DNA of 54,402 nt, filler included, from Squatina squatina (taxonomy: Eukaryota), in the NCBI GenBank assembly GCA_031763465.1. It is 3 parts of 3 records of this genome, joined end to end, with 100 filler letters (N's around TTAATTAATTAA, not from the genome) between each part and the next. Parts side by side here need not be neighbours in the genome. Positions count along the whole stretch, not along the records: positions 1 to 18,424 come from JARFOE010000194.1; 2 more parts are not named here. The stretch is one strand, 5' to 3'. Made by a program: the position numbers and the translations under genes. The notes under the pieces were generated by a model. It was not told the DNA's origin. It made no database searches and worked only from the letters and a program-made list of their open reading frames with translations. Shown piece after piece: positions 1 to 13,100 of the stretch (the stretch's first letter is position 1; each line of letters begins with the position of its first letter).

Positions 1-1193
1 GGGTGCAGACCGCAACATCTGAGATGGTAGAATGGCCGATCAGGGAGGACACTCAGACCCCTTTGTAAAATATTTTAAAATTCCACTTGCCATTAATCTT
101 TGGGGGCCCACAACCGCCATTTGGAAGCCTGGTATACCGGGTCTCACTAGCTGTACTGCTGTCAATGATGTGCCGGCAGTGGACGCAGAAACTCCTGCCT
201 TTGGGAGTTCCTGCCCCTTCTACTTTACTGGCCTTAANNNNNNNNNNAAGGAGTAGGCGGGAACTCTGTCTGCTGACAAGGCCCCGTGGAATCCCCAATG
301 CAAGGTTGGAACTTGGTACATCCAGGTCCCAGTCTAATTGCCAATTTTGGTGCATGGCAGATAATTTTAAGATAAGAAGTTCACCAGCTGTGATGACAAT
401 AGTTTTGGGAACAGTCAATAAAATATCCCCATCAATTGAAAAAGATAAATTGAGCAGGGCACCAAAATCATTCTTAGAATTTGAAATTATTCTGTACTTT
501 AAAACATTAAGTGAACACTTCAGATTTAGCATGTAAATAAATAAATTATACCAGCATCACACCCACTTTTTAAAAATTGAAAGTTACTGATGTCAACACT
601 GCAAGGGAGAAGAACAAGCCTCTATTTTTGAAGCTGAAGCTTTGATACTTTAACGTATGTGAGCAGAATCCTGTCCCATAAACTATGAATGACCGGGACG
701 GTGTGGGGGCGAGAATCCCAGTCAGTATCTCTACAGATGTTAACTCGATAATCATCCCAACACAGAACTCCTGATTATGTAACAGCATCCACTGTTTTAA
801 GTAAATTATTTCTTTTATAATAAGCAAAAGGACAGATGTACAATTAGGTACTTAATTGGCAAAAGAAAGCAAACAAGTACTGTTGGGGAGACTCATTCCT
901 TAATCAGCAGAATGTGATGACTTCAAATTATATGGGTCCTAATTTGCATTATTACAGAAGCTAGAATATGGGTTTTAACATAGATGCTGACACTTTTGTT
1001 TGCTCTGTTTACATTCACTGTAACCTCGAGTTCAATGCAGGTAAAGCAAATGATTTTGGACATTAGAAAAAACATGGTTTTTAACAGTCATGGTGTGATG
1101 CCCCCAGTAAGAATAGGGTACACAGTTTTGAAAATATCTTAAATGGTGCTGTGCTCCATCTGACTGAAATTAACGGTTGAACGTTAAACTCAC

Positions 1194-1292
1194 GTCTTCA
1201 ATCGGAGCTGCCAGCAGTCCTGGTTCCCAACTTTTGGAGTCTGCCTGTGGTTCCTTAACTGGTTTAGGCTCTTTTGCTTTCTTTGCAGGCAT
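1194..1292 (-). CDS. SPAG17: Probable first coding exon of sperm-associated antigen 17 (central-pair protein)
   Basis: ATG at 1292 reads MPAKKAKEPKPVKEPQADSKSWEPGLLAAPIED (33 codons) and ends at a phase-0 GTGAGT donor. It resembles the recalled SPAG17 N-terminus (MAPKKEK...SKIWEPSLIAA). An upstream acceptor ttgctttttag puts the exon start at 1359. No further SPAG17 exons were recognised in 1-1190. Confidence 0.7.
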
Positions 1293-2034
1293 CTTTTACT
1301 CTTTCAGGTTATCTTGGTCAGTTACTTCTCTGCCCACTAGCCATTTGTACAACATGGATCTAAAAAGCAATTTAAAAAAAAAGCCTACTAGGATATGAAG
1401 CAGCACAATTGACAAAATCCTACAATTTTAAATGTTCCAGAAGCATTTCCCAGTGTACATGCAGACGCTCGGATGCCTGCCTATTAAAAATATTTTTCAT
1501 TGTAACATATCTGAAGTTTCACACTGGAGAAGCACCTTTTCCTTGAGTTCATATTTGGGTCATAATTAGCACAGACTCAGTGATGAAGAGCAGAGGCAGT
1601 AGAGCGACCCATGCATATCATTTATTCCTGAAATTATCTGCTGAAAAAACTGAAAAACATCAAAATCAGCTTTTTTAGACCCTACCTACAGTATACTCCA
1701 GGAGCTGTGGCGTTCTGAAGAATCAAGATTGTTTCACTTGTTCTTAGAATGAACCAGGCGACCTTTACCGACTCGACAAGCAGATTGTAAAATTTTACTC
1801 AGCAGTCAAGAAAAAAATGGTGAGAGTAAATGCCCCAGTGCATTTCACAGTGGACTGGAAGTTTGAGAGTTGGTCAATGAGCAAGAAGCTCCTGACTGCT
1901 TTAACCAATTCTTCCTCTTTCTCAGGNNNNNNNNNNNNNNNNNNNNNNNNNNNNNNNNNNNNNNNNNNNNNNNNNNNNNNNNNNNNNNNNNNNNNNNNNN
2001 NNNNNNNNNNNNNNNNNNNNNNNNNNCTGATTAC

Positions 2035-2130
2035 CTGCTGTTCAGAGCTGTGCGCCTGGGCCGGTGCAGCCATTTCGTAGGCCTCATTGACAGCTCAACC
2101 ACATGCAAGCTGACCCAGACAGTATATTGG
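2035..2130 (-). other. Candidate 96-nt exon upstream of SPAG17 (5' UTR or uORF)
   Basis: Strong acceptor (ttcccttttctttctcag), CAG|GTAATC donor and one fully open frame. No recognisable homology. Confidence 0.3.
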
Positions 2131-2650
2131 CTGAGAAAGAAAAGGGAAGATTGCCAATGTAAAGAATTTGTTTTACACATGTTTAATGAAGAAAGCAGCC
2201 TCGCTTGCAGGCCGCCTTTTCATCATTAGTAAATGTTCCATCACTGGTCTCCAAGGAATGTTGAGGCACTTGACAGTTGACGGTGTCTAAGGCCTTTCAT
2301 CAGAACACTCCAGCCACATTTGACAATGCACGAAACGTACTTTTTCAAAAAAATGTTTTGATTTATAGCTTACTGAATTTGTTATTTATGAAATGAAGGA
2401 TTACGTTTGGATATCTGAGTCCGCATAACTTAGAAGGGGACAAAAAAAGATAGTCACAAAATGGTACATTGCGGTAATGCAGGACTCACTATAAGATTGA
2501 AGTTTTTGAGGAGGAGGACGGGAAGTTAAAGTGATATCCAAAGACCATTTAGAAATCAGTACATCACTGTGGACCGTTTAGAAGCAACCATTCATGACAC
2601 ATTTGTGCACACATTCATCCCACAGCTACATGGCTTTGATATTTGGTTAA

Positions 2651-2978
2651 GAACATAAGAAATAGGAGTAGGATTAGGCCATACACCCCCTCAAGCCTGC
2701 TCCGCCATTCAGTTAGTTCATGGCTGATTTTCTACCTCAACTCCACTTTCCCATATCCCTTGATTCCCTTAATTCCTACATTACAACAGTGACTCCACTC
2801 CAAAAGTACTTCATCGGCTGTAAAGTACATTGAGACATCTGGTGGTTGTGAAAGGCGCCATATAATCCAAGTCTTTCTTAATATCCAAAAGTCTATCAAT
2901 CTGTCTTGAATATACTCATCGACGGCCACAGCCCTCTGGGGTAGAGAATTCCAAAGATTCACAACCCTCTGAGTGAAG
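2651..2978 (-). mobile_element. CR1 LINE 3' end, interrupted by a SINE-core fragment (~2773-2880)
   Basis: The minus strand encodes the CR1 ORF2 C-terminal motif FTQRVVNLWNSLPQRAV and has a typical tail (aacataagaaatagga...aggcc). The inner segment ctacattacaacagtgact...aaaagtacttcat matches the SINE core at 22431-22640. Confidence 0.8.
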
Positions 2979-4423
2979 NNNNNNNNNNNNNNNNNNNNNN
3001 NNNNNNNNNNNNNNNNNNNNNNNNNNNNNNNNNNNNNNNNNNNNNNNNNNNNNNNNNNNNNNNNNNNNNNNNNNNNNNCATCATGAATGCTACAGTTCAA
3101 TCCAAAGCTACATATGCAGGTGTTTAGATGCAAACCTGGCACCTCATACTTCAGGGATACCTGTTTTTTTCCACATACGAAAACCAAGAAAATAAAACAG
3201 CAGTGGTTGTAATAACCAATGAAAAGTAATAAACTAAGTGAAGAATAAAACCAAAATGAACAGTTTAAAAAAAGCATGAAAGCAGCTTTTTATTAAAAAA
3301 AATTTGTAAAAGATTTAGAACAATGAAATCTGACACTCTCTGCTATGGAGTGTTGGCACGAGCAGGGCCTGCATAATATGACTGTGCGGTCACAGCCCCC
3401 ATCCAGGCCCTACCTCCTTCTCCTGCCTCTCCTAAATTTAACGTCCCTTTAAATCCAATGGATGTAGACCCAAATCCCAGGAACCCACTGTAGACTATCC
3501 CAGTTTCCCAGTTAATTATGGTATGTGTTGTCGGCACGCAATATTATTTCCTGAGTTCATCTGATTGCCCTTCACTCTGGTATTGTGGAAAAAGTCAAGC
3601 ATTTAAAAACAGCTGCGTGCCAGGCACTGTACTTTCTTGTCAGCTGTCGACTGCCACAAATCAATCTCCCTCTGAACCATAAATCTCCTGCGATCGGGTT
3701 TCAGTTTTTTAGGGCGCTCTCCAATCCTCGCTCTGTTATAATTAGCAATTAGTGAAAAAATGAGCAAGCACTTTCAAATAAGCAGACATCTGATAGTCTT
3801 TTAAAAGAGGATTTTTACTGAAGGATTTTTTTTTTTGAACAAGAACTTGTGCACCTATCACTTTATGGAATAGTCTCTGTGAATTTCACTGGCTGAGCTC
3901 CATTTGCCTAAATGACGATGTGAATATTACTCTTTGCTTTTAACCTGTTGTCCTTCTTCCCTTTTTGTGTTGGTCAATCCAAAAAATGGATTTTCCCACT
4001 TTCCTTAATCACTTCTGACAAAGTGTTTGAACTAGAGTTGTTAACCTGTCTTTTTTATTTTCAAATGCTGATGGACCTTCTGTGCTTTTCCAGAGTTTCC
4101 TATTACTTCAGATTTCCAGCATTCACTTGTTTATCTTAAAATAAAAATCACACACATGCAGTTAGAGGGAATATTTGCACGATAAAGTATTTAAGAATGA
4201 TCACACAATTGTGGATAATTTTAGAGCGCAAGTATCTGTTGATGGGAGCACATGGGGGCTGAAATTACACATGGAATACTTGCTTGTAGTTGTGGGAAAC
4301 TGGGTTAGCCCAGGTGCCCCCCCNNNNNNNNNNNNNNNNNNNNNNNNNNNNNNNNNNNNNNNNNNNNNNNNNNNNNNNNNNNNNNNNNNNNNNNNNNNNN
4401 NNNNNNNNNNNNNNNNNNNNNNN

Positions 4424-4638
4424 CTCAGCCACGCATCGCGCGCCACTTTGCCATCTTTCCAGTAGCCCTGAAGGTTGCCCCAGTAGGTATTCAGATAACC
4501 ATTCAGATTGGTTTTACCTCGCGCCGCCATCTGTTGCTGCACGACGGTCATCTGCGGATCGATCAGGCTCTTGTTATAGGTCGTGCCCATATCCACCAGC
4601 GTGTCGGCGTAATAGCTGGTGATAAACTCCAGCCTGCA
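4424..4638 (-). other. CpG-rich open frame with bacterial-like codon usage (contaminant, chimera or unknown exon)
   Basis: Open frame LEFITSYYADTLVDMGTTYNKSLIDPQMTVVQQQMAARGKTNLNGYLNTYWGNLQGYWKDGKVARDAWL running into a gap. About 15 CpG in ~210 bp, with GCG/CCG/ACG/CGC/CTG codons. Confidence 0.35.
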
Positions 4639-7118
4639 TTAAACAGATCTTTCTGTCTCTTTAACAAATCTGTTTTGGCTATCACTTGTTGCTGGGAGAA
4701 TTCACATAGTCTTTCAGCAAAGAAGTGCAAATCCTCTTCCGGCACAAGTGTGGACGCAGCCCCTGTGAAGTGCTGCGTTGTGTGAGTCTGAGCGGGTTTG
4801 TGTAAAAGGAGAGGCATTTTGTGAATGAAAAGGCTGGTCATGCTGGGAATAACTAGTATTTGATATATTACACGAATATTAAAGAATAGCAAAAGAATAA
4901 CAGAAAAATTTTGATTGCAATGGAGAGTTGTAATGGCAAACTATTGAACTGAGGATTAAGCAAGTGACCAAGAATGTACTGTAAGGTCCAATGGCTGGGA
5001 ATTTTAGTACAGACTAAAAATTACTTCTGTAACCTGTGAGGCAATGGTTTACTTACAGCCTGAAAACTTATTGGGGTATAAGTCCATCTTNNNNNNNNNN
5101 NNNNNNNNNNNNNNNNNNNNNNNNNNNNNNNNNNNNNNNNNNNNNNNNNNNNNNNNNNNNNNNNNNNNNNNNNNNNNNNNNNNNNNNNNNCTTATCTTTG
5201 AGCGTCTGAAATATGCTCCATTTTGTATAATATATTTTTTAATAATTATTTTGAAGCTGTTTTATAATTTATCATGAGGTAGTCGCCCCCTGATTGGATT
5301 TGCTATTTTCTTAGCAATTCTGGTGTTGAAACATGACAAGTCTCCAGGCAGCTGCTTCTCATTGTACTTAGCCAAGCAGCAGGGGAGGAGGAGTGTCGAA
5401 AGCACATGTCAGGCAAAAACACACCATGTTTCTGCTCCTAGTTTCTGGAAATGTAACAAAGACAATGGAAGTGATGGGAAGGTCAGCCATCTCATCATGA
5501 GCTTTAAAGTAATTTTAGACTGCCAACTTGCACTGAATTATGGATTGTTTTGTTTTGTCTTACACTTCTGAGAAAAAATAACCTGTGATCGGTGCTCCAG
5601 CGAAATCCCCTTGGTTTATGTTACACCAGTGCACCTGCTTCACATCTGACTTATACAGCAGTGCGTAAGTGGTTCTTGAACTAAGTGAACCTGGGGAGTG
5701 ACCTCAGGATGAATCCCAAAGACTGCTGCATTCGAAAGCCAAATCAAATACAACAGATCAACAACAGGGGCTCGCAGTTCACCAAGCCTGCAGGCTATCG
5801 CTGTTGTTTTACATGAAATAAATTTAAACTGATCTGTTGGAAGAGGTTTGAATAGTGGTAGCATTAACTAGTGACCTAAGTTAAGGTCGCAGTTGGGATC
5901 CAGTGAGGGCCGAACTCCAACTGTTTGGATAAGACAGGACATCGAGTGATCCCGCAATAATCCAAACTGGTCAAGACGGACAAATAAGAAATGTGAGTAA
6001 AGGTTAAATTTATATACCAACTGATCATGCGAGTCAGAAANNNNNNNNNNNNNNNNNNNNNNNNNNNNNNNNNNNNNNNNNNNNNNNNNNNNNNNNNNNN
6101 NNNNNNNNNNNNNNNNNNNNNNNNNNNNNNNNNNNNNNNNNNNNNNNNNNNNNNNNNNNNNNNNNNNNNNNNNNNNNNNNNNNNNNNNNNNNNNNNNNNN
6201 NNNNNNNNNNNNNNNNNNNNNNNNNNNNNNNNNNNNNNNNNNNNNNNNNNNNNNNNNNNNNNNNNNNNNNNNNNNNNNNNNNNNNNNNNNNNNNNNNNNN
6301 NNNNNNNNNNNNNNNNNNNNNNNNNNNNNNNNNNNNNNNNNNNNNNNNNNNNNNNNNNNNNNNNNNNNNNNNNNNNNNNNNNNNNNNNNNNNNNNNNNNN
6401 NNNNNNNNNNNNNNNNNNNNNNNNNNNNNNNNNNNNNNNNNNNNNNNNNNNNNNNNNNNNNNNNNNNNNNNNNNNNNNNNNNNNNNNNNNNNNNNNNNNN
6501 NNNNNNNNNNNNNNNNNNNNNNNNNNNNNNNNNNNNNNNNNNNNNNNNNNNNNNNNNNNNNNNNNNNNNNNNNNNNNNNNNNNNNNNNNNNNNNNNNNNN
6601 NNNNNNNNNNNNNNNNNNNNNNNNNNNNNNNNNNNNNNNNNNNNNNNNNNNNNNNNNNNNNNNNNNNNNNNNNNNNNNNNNNNNNNNNNNNNNNNNNNNN
6701 NNNNNNNNNNNNNNNNNNNNNNNNNNNNNNNNNNNNNNNNNNNNNNNNNNNNNNNNNNNNNNNNNNNNNNNNNNNTATCATGGAGTTCGCTCTTAAAAAA
6801 CAAAACCTGATGAGACCATAAATTACTAGCAGAAAATGTTGACAAGATTAATATGCAGTTGATAGCAAACCCTTCACACCAGGGCGCCAACACATAAACA
6901 CAATCAAAAATATCGCCTCCGGCACCAATGGACATAAATTCCTGAATCTTGAAGGGGATATGTCGTTGTAACGCTATCGTTTCTTGAATTCCACGTAGTG
7001 GGATTGGATAGCCCGAGTCAAGCCGGCTCGATGGTTGCGCTGAGGTTATAGCAGGGATAAAATGTGAAAGTGAGAGTTTGTCTGTTCAGCAGTCAGCAGC
7101 AGCTGTGAAATCTCTGTG

Positions 7119-7138
7119 AGCTGCCACCTGCTGATAGT
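7119..7138 (-). promoter_or_regulatory. CTCF-like motif
   Basis: The minus strand reads ctatcagcaggtggcagctc, close to the CTCF core CCASYAGRKGGCRS. Motif match only. Confidence 0.3.
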
Positions 7139-10100
7139 GCTGAGCCTGGGACATGCCATCTTGATAAATCAGTGAATGTTTGGGTAGCTGAAGGTCATGG
7201 TTGTTTCAGCCTTCCTGTTATTGGGTTTTATGCCAAACCTATTTCTTTGCATATGCAGCACTGTTGCGTTCGAGTTTTGAGAAAGCTTTAGGTTTAGGTT
7301 TAGCTTTAGCTGTTCTGGCCCTGATGACTTCNNNNNNNNNNNNNNNNNNNNNNNNNNNNNNNNNNNNNNNNNNNNNNNNNNNNNNNNNNNNNNNNNNNNN
7401 NNNNNNNNNNNNNNNNNNNNNNNNNNNNNNNCCTCACTGCGGGAAACGACTTGGTGATCACTTGCTATTTCCTTAAAGTATAGCTGTGGTTAGCCGCTTG
7501 CCCTGTGGGGGTTTGTGGCTGCAAACCCACAACTAACTTCTCCATGGCTCAATGCATAAGAACACCTATTCATTGCATCCCTGCCCAGCACAGCCAGTAA
7601 ATGAGCTTTCAATAGCTTCTACTGCCTAGCCCTAGTGTGTCATGTGTGCAATCTTTGCAAGCCCACAAAAATTTAAGTTACCAATTAAGGAAAAATTCTC
7701 TTGATCAGTTAGCACAAGACAGTCTGTTCAATTACACATTTAAGAAGCAGCAAACCAAATGACAGTGATGGCGCAAACACTGACATAATAGAGATCACAT
7801 GCTGCATTAAGCAACGTCTCAGAATAGCATGACTACCCACAGATTTTCAGAATTATAAAAGTCGACAAGCATGCTATTATATGGTATTGTTTTGGTTTTA
7901 TTTTGAATTTGTTCCCAGTCAGAGAGGCTGACCTATAGTCTGCCTCCTGCTCTGCGGTTTCCATGTCCGCTCGCTGTTGACTGATATACTCAAGAAACTA
8001 ATCATTAAGTGAAAGCTGAGCTGTGAGGAGAGCAGTTTGGAGATGTCGAGTAATTAGTTTAAACAGCTGAATTCGATAGGCCAAGTGCTGAGTGAAATTA
8101 CTAATGACTGTTGTCAGATTTCAGATGGTGAATGGGAAAGGGAAGGGGAAGGTGAATGTCAGAAATCCCATCAGAAGTCAAAGTTTCAACTTTTTACATG
8201 GTATTGGGATTTTAAACTTAATTTTTTAGAATGCTATAAAAGGCACATGACAGGATGACGGAACTATTCAGGGGCTACATTCCTGAATCACATCTGCACT
8301 TTAATCACTGTAGTTACTCATTACATTTGTACATGCCTATTTTAACTGCACTTGTATTCTTAAAATTGTTTTTGCTCTAATGTAACCCTTTTCCTCTTGC
8401 ACAAGGTGATCACCGAGGGCCAATTTATAATGCAAAACTTAAACAAATGCAACTTGTGCAGTTCTTTCAAGAACATAGAGGTTGATTTTAACTTGGGATG
8501 GGTNNNNNNNNNNACTGCAGAAAATGTGCGACCTGGGATTTTTTAACTTCTGGGCCTCATTAACTCCGAGGGCAGGAAGTGGCTGCCGGCCTCCGGAAAA
8601 TTAGACGGCCAAGGGCCACCTGCCAACATGAAGGTAGGTGTAGAGAAGGGAGTTTCAGGAGGGTCTCGTGGGAAGGAAGGAAGTAAGAGTCCAGGGCAGA
8701 GAAGGCCACGACTTTCCTTGTGGGGTCTGGAGGAGCATTTAGGTCTCAAAATCTGAAGAAGCTGACTTGAGGCAAAGTACCCTTGGTGTGGTGGGCTGCC
8801 ATTCTGTAGCTCCCATTGGAAAGGGGCATGTGGGAAACCTGAATCTGCAGGATAGTGCCTATTCTTCCATCTTTCTCTTCCTTTACAAAAATAGTACTTC
8901 ACTCATGTAGTCTGCCATACCAGAAGGCTGAATCTCTGGGAAGGGTCCCCCCATTCATCCACAGCAGCTCTGATGGAAGAACCGTAAAAATCCCAAAAAA
9001 GCAGTGCAAACAGCATTAATGCCATTTCTCCAGGGTTTCTGTGACTCTTCTACCGAAGTTACGGCAGAGCAGAACTACAGAAATTCACCCCCGCACCCCC
9101 TCCCAATACCTGTTTTTGCAAAAGACGTGCTCCAAGGAGTTTGTCGCAGATTCAAAAAAAATGATTTTTTTGTATTGTATTCCCACTGGGCCACAAGAAG
9201 AGCAGCCAGCTTGCAGGACTAGAAGCAGAGGGGNNNNNNNNNNNNNNNNNNNNNNNNNNNNNNNNNNNNNNNNNNNNNNNNNNNNNNNNNNNNNNNNNNN
9301 NNNNNNNNNNNNNNNNNNNNNNNNNNNNNNNNNTGAAGACTTTACCTTGAGTAATGAACAGTGCAGGATTATAGTTCACTGGTGTTTTGCATTGTTGAAG
9401 CAAATCCTGTGCATCCCCATATAAATGAATCATTCCTTTTAGACAGCATCATTGCTAAGGAAATCACTCCCTCTGCCTCTTTAACTAATAAAGGTTCCTA
9501 TGAGCAGATTTTTTTGTCACATGCAATGTTATGCTTTGCAGATGATTGAACTCGACGCTTTAATGAATTATTAAAGTGGAAAGGCAATCACAACATTGCA
9601 ATAAATATGATGATAGTCATAACATTTACTGCACTAATCACACCCATTTCCCCTTTGTTGAGTAGTATAGTTTCAAGAAGCACCATGTCAATTTAATTGG
9701 GACACTTATTCTGTGGTGTGCAGAGGATATGTTATAAAAATATGTAACATCCCAACTATTCTCTTTGGAAAACTGTAACATCGTCACACATTGCAAACTT
9801 GCAAGTGAGTTGTTTTAAATAAGTCAGCCAGTTTTGGAACATCTAAAAAAATGGTGAACTGCAAATGATCTTCGCATTAGAAAGTGGTTTTGAACATTTC
9901 ATTTTCATAAATAAAGTTTACAAATGAAGTTTCCATACTTGAAACTTTTCAAAAATACAATTGTAAGGACTGCTTTCAATTACATTCCAATGCATCAAAT
10001 CAATTTGTTTCTGCATCGCCCAATGAAGTCAGCAGAGACTCCTCGGACAGCTTCTCGTGGAGGACAATCAATAACATTCAAAGAAGGAAAAAAAAGTGAA

Positions 10101-13100
10101 GCAACCGCAGTAACTCATTTGAATATTTGAAAATGCCATTGCCATTGCTTCTGGTAACTTAAATTTCTAATGACCAAAATAAGATTTGAAACAAAATGAA
10201 ATAGAAAAATGGCACATTTCACAATAATATGGTTAAATTTTTCTGCTGAAATGTCTTTCACTAGCTTCACTAAAGTTTTAATTGAAGTGGTCAGCTTTTC
10301 CCAGAAGCCTGTTTGGATTGGATATTTGTAGGCTGTTGTTCACCGTGACAATGTTAGACTGCAGAATCTTTCTTCAGCTGAGCATGTGCAGTGTGCACAA
10401 TTTTCCAGCACGCTCCAGTAGTCACGCAGTGCTCCAAAGTTTCTCATCTGTTTCCAGCAAGGTTTGTTCGCTTGTTTCTCAAAATTATTTGAAGAAAACC
10501 AGAGATTACATTTCAAAAGCTTTATTCAGTACTGCTGAATATTGACCTCCACCAGTACACCATTTTGATGTGTGTGCCCAACTTTAAGAATGTTAAGGCA
10601 GTGCTGCACTGTCGGAGACACNNNNNNNNNNNNNNNNNNNNNNNNNNNNNNNNNNNNNNNNNNNNNNNNNNNNNNNNNNNNNNNNNNNNNNNNNNNNNNN
10701 NNNNNNNNNNNNNNNNNNNNNGTTTGAATTTTATTACTAAACGATCTTTCCAATAAATTGGAGTGTTTTATGGTTCTACTAAAGACAAAAAAAGTACAAA
10801 TTACAGCAGGCAGATGGGAGAGCAGAGGGTCTGAAAAGCCTATAATAAGTAAATCCTTTCTCCAGAGAATGGAGGGTGTGCTATAAAATCTATATGAGGG
10901 GGTGTAAATCAGCTAGCAGCGTACAGCGCTTTGGTGGCAGCGGCAGCTCCAGGGGATGGGGGTCTGCACAGTATCTACTGCTTTTTCATTTCCTGTTGCT
11001 TTCCATGTTTTTGCAGAGTTGGAACATTCCAACAATTATGGATTTTTATATGTTAAACAGACCCTTTGGAAGACGAGGTACGTATCTGGAGTCTGAGGAA
11101 CATATGGCTGGCACTTGGGCAGATATTTGTTCATTACATTTACTTTCAATGATGTTGAGTTCAAGCATTCCTAATGTAATACAAAAGCCCTTTCAAAAAC
11201 TATTTTCATTAGATTAGATCCTCTTAGGATCATTTGCTGCAATTTAATTTATAATCTGTTAATTTAACCCAATAACATTATAATTTTTAGACATCATAAT
11301 TATAAGTTATGAAAGATCAAATTTACATCACGGGGTGGTGGTATATTCTACAGTAATAGCCGCCTGTTTCTCACCTGGAAAATGGACAACTGGTAGAGGG
11401 ATACCTGGTGGGGACCTTGAGTACCCAATTGTCCAACTGAACCCAATTTCAGGTTGGCCAGAACTCCCACCCAAGAAAACGCGGGAGGCTGTTTTATTAC
11501 GTGTGTTGTAGTACAGAACTGCAATTTGTGTGGAGAACTGGGCAGAGAACTTGCCAGCCATACTTTCCCCAGGGGACGAGAGGCCTAACCGATGGCCCTT
11601 AAAGCGATTTTCATCTGGCTAGGAGGAGCAAGAGTGAATCTGCAGCCAACCTCAACAGGCCTTATACGTTGGCTGGCTGCGTGCGACTACCGGATGATTT
11701 TCCACTGTAGATAACTGGTGAGCTGCAATGGCATGCCCATTTAATGCCCACAGCTTTGCAGCAATATGTTAATGAGATCTGAAAATCTGAAGCTGAAAAT
11801 GGTTCCCACCTCCTGACTGCCCCATTGATCAGGCTGATAATGTGACCAATCGGTGCTGACGTAGAAAAGCTTCCCCACGCAATACCTCCATTCACCTGAA
11901 CATTAGCAGAGTGTTTTACTGGCCCTGAATTTGTGGGTCGGTATGATGGCATACTCTCAGATTACGGCGTCATACCGCCTTTGAAATTGACCTCAAGTTT
12001 GGGATTTCCGGAATTGCAATTTGTCCAGTTCCGAATAGACAGGTGATCCACTGTGAATTTCAAGTCCTCATTGAAATGAAGCGCTGTTGAAAAGTTTGCC
12101 TAATTGCCCACCAACTGCGCATCAATTATGCTGGAAAACTTTATGCCTGGTGCAAACAGGCGCAGGAGCCTGTTTGCACAGCGTAAGGGGAGGGGGAGGG
12201 NNNNNNNNNNNNNNNNNNNNNNNNNNNNNNNNNNNNNNNNNNNNNNNNNNNNNNNNNNNNNNNNNNNNNNNNNNNNNNNNNNNNNNNNNNNNNNNNNNNN
12301 TTGAAACAAACCTTGTTTTAATCTAAATCTTTTGAACAAGAATGATCAAACTGTACTGTTGAGTGTCAAAGATACCTGTCCTAACATTTCATCATAAAAA
12401 CGAATAATGATCATTAGTTGATGTATAGTTTGTTATGAATGTTTTGAGATTGTTCAGGGAAACAAACTACTTTTATTTCTGTGGTTTGTACGACAGACAA
12501 TATTACTTACATGACTATGACCATGATGATGGAACCTTGAATATGTTGCCACGAATATTCAGACATGCCCATATGTACAAGTGCATCATTTTTTTTTAAT
12601 TAGTGAAAGTTAGACAGCCATTTTAAAATCCAAGTGTGCAGAATGGTAACATTTGGTTACTTTACTGGTTTAAATTAGGTAAATTGTATTTGGAATTCTG
12701 GAGTAGTGCTCATTCTCATTAGGCGATAGAAGGTCGTTACTGACAATGAGATTGTTGCTCACTGATATGTTGATGTTATAAAAACATGCAGTTTTCATTC
12801 TGAAAAGCAAATATGCAGGAAGCATCCAGGACCAAACAAGGAGCCAGCAGGAAGTCCAGTTGACCTTGGGGGACATTTTCCTCCACTGTGGTCTCAGCAG
12901 TCATTAGTTGAAAATGCAAGTACCAGAAGCTCGAAGGAATGCCCCCCTCCAGCCCCCTCTTCTATGAAAAGTCAGAAAAAACAGATGTTCCTAGATTTAC
13001 AGCCCACGTACCGTCACAAGGGAAAGCGTGTGGTAAAAATTGACTGACATCGAACCATAAGAATATGTAATAAATCCCAGCTGAGATAAAATGTAAAGAT

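Noticed and set aside
53-536. Overlapping 149-159 aa ORFs on both strands
   Set aside because: They span a gap, have non-ATG starts and show no recognisable domain.
4175-4262. TIVDNFRAQVSVDGSTWGL resembles the Rho-GTPase switch I region (TVFDNFSA.V.VDG)
   Set aside because: No P-loop upstream, no WDTAGQ downstream and no convincing splice sites; likely chance.
5868-6935. Long 264-355 aa ORFs
   Set aside because: Almost entirely N-gap read-through. The same applies to most X-containing ORFs in the track.
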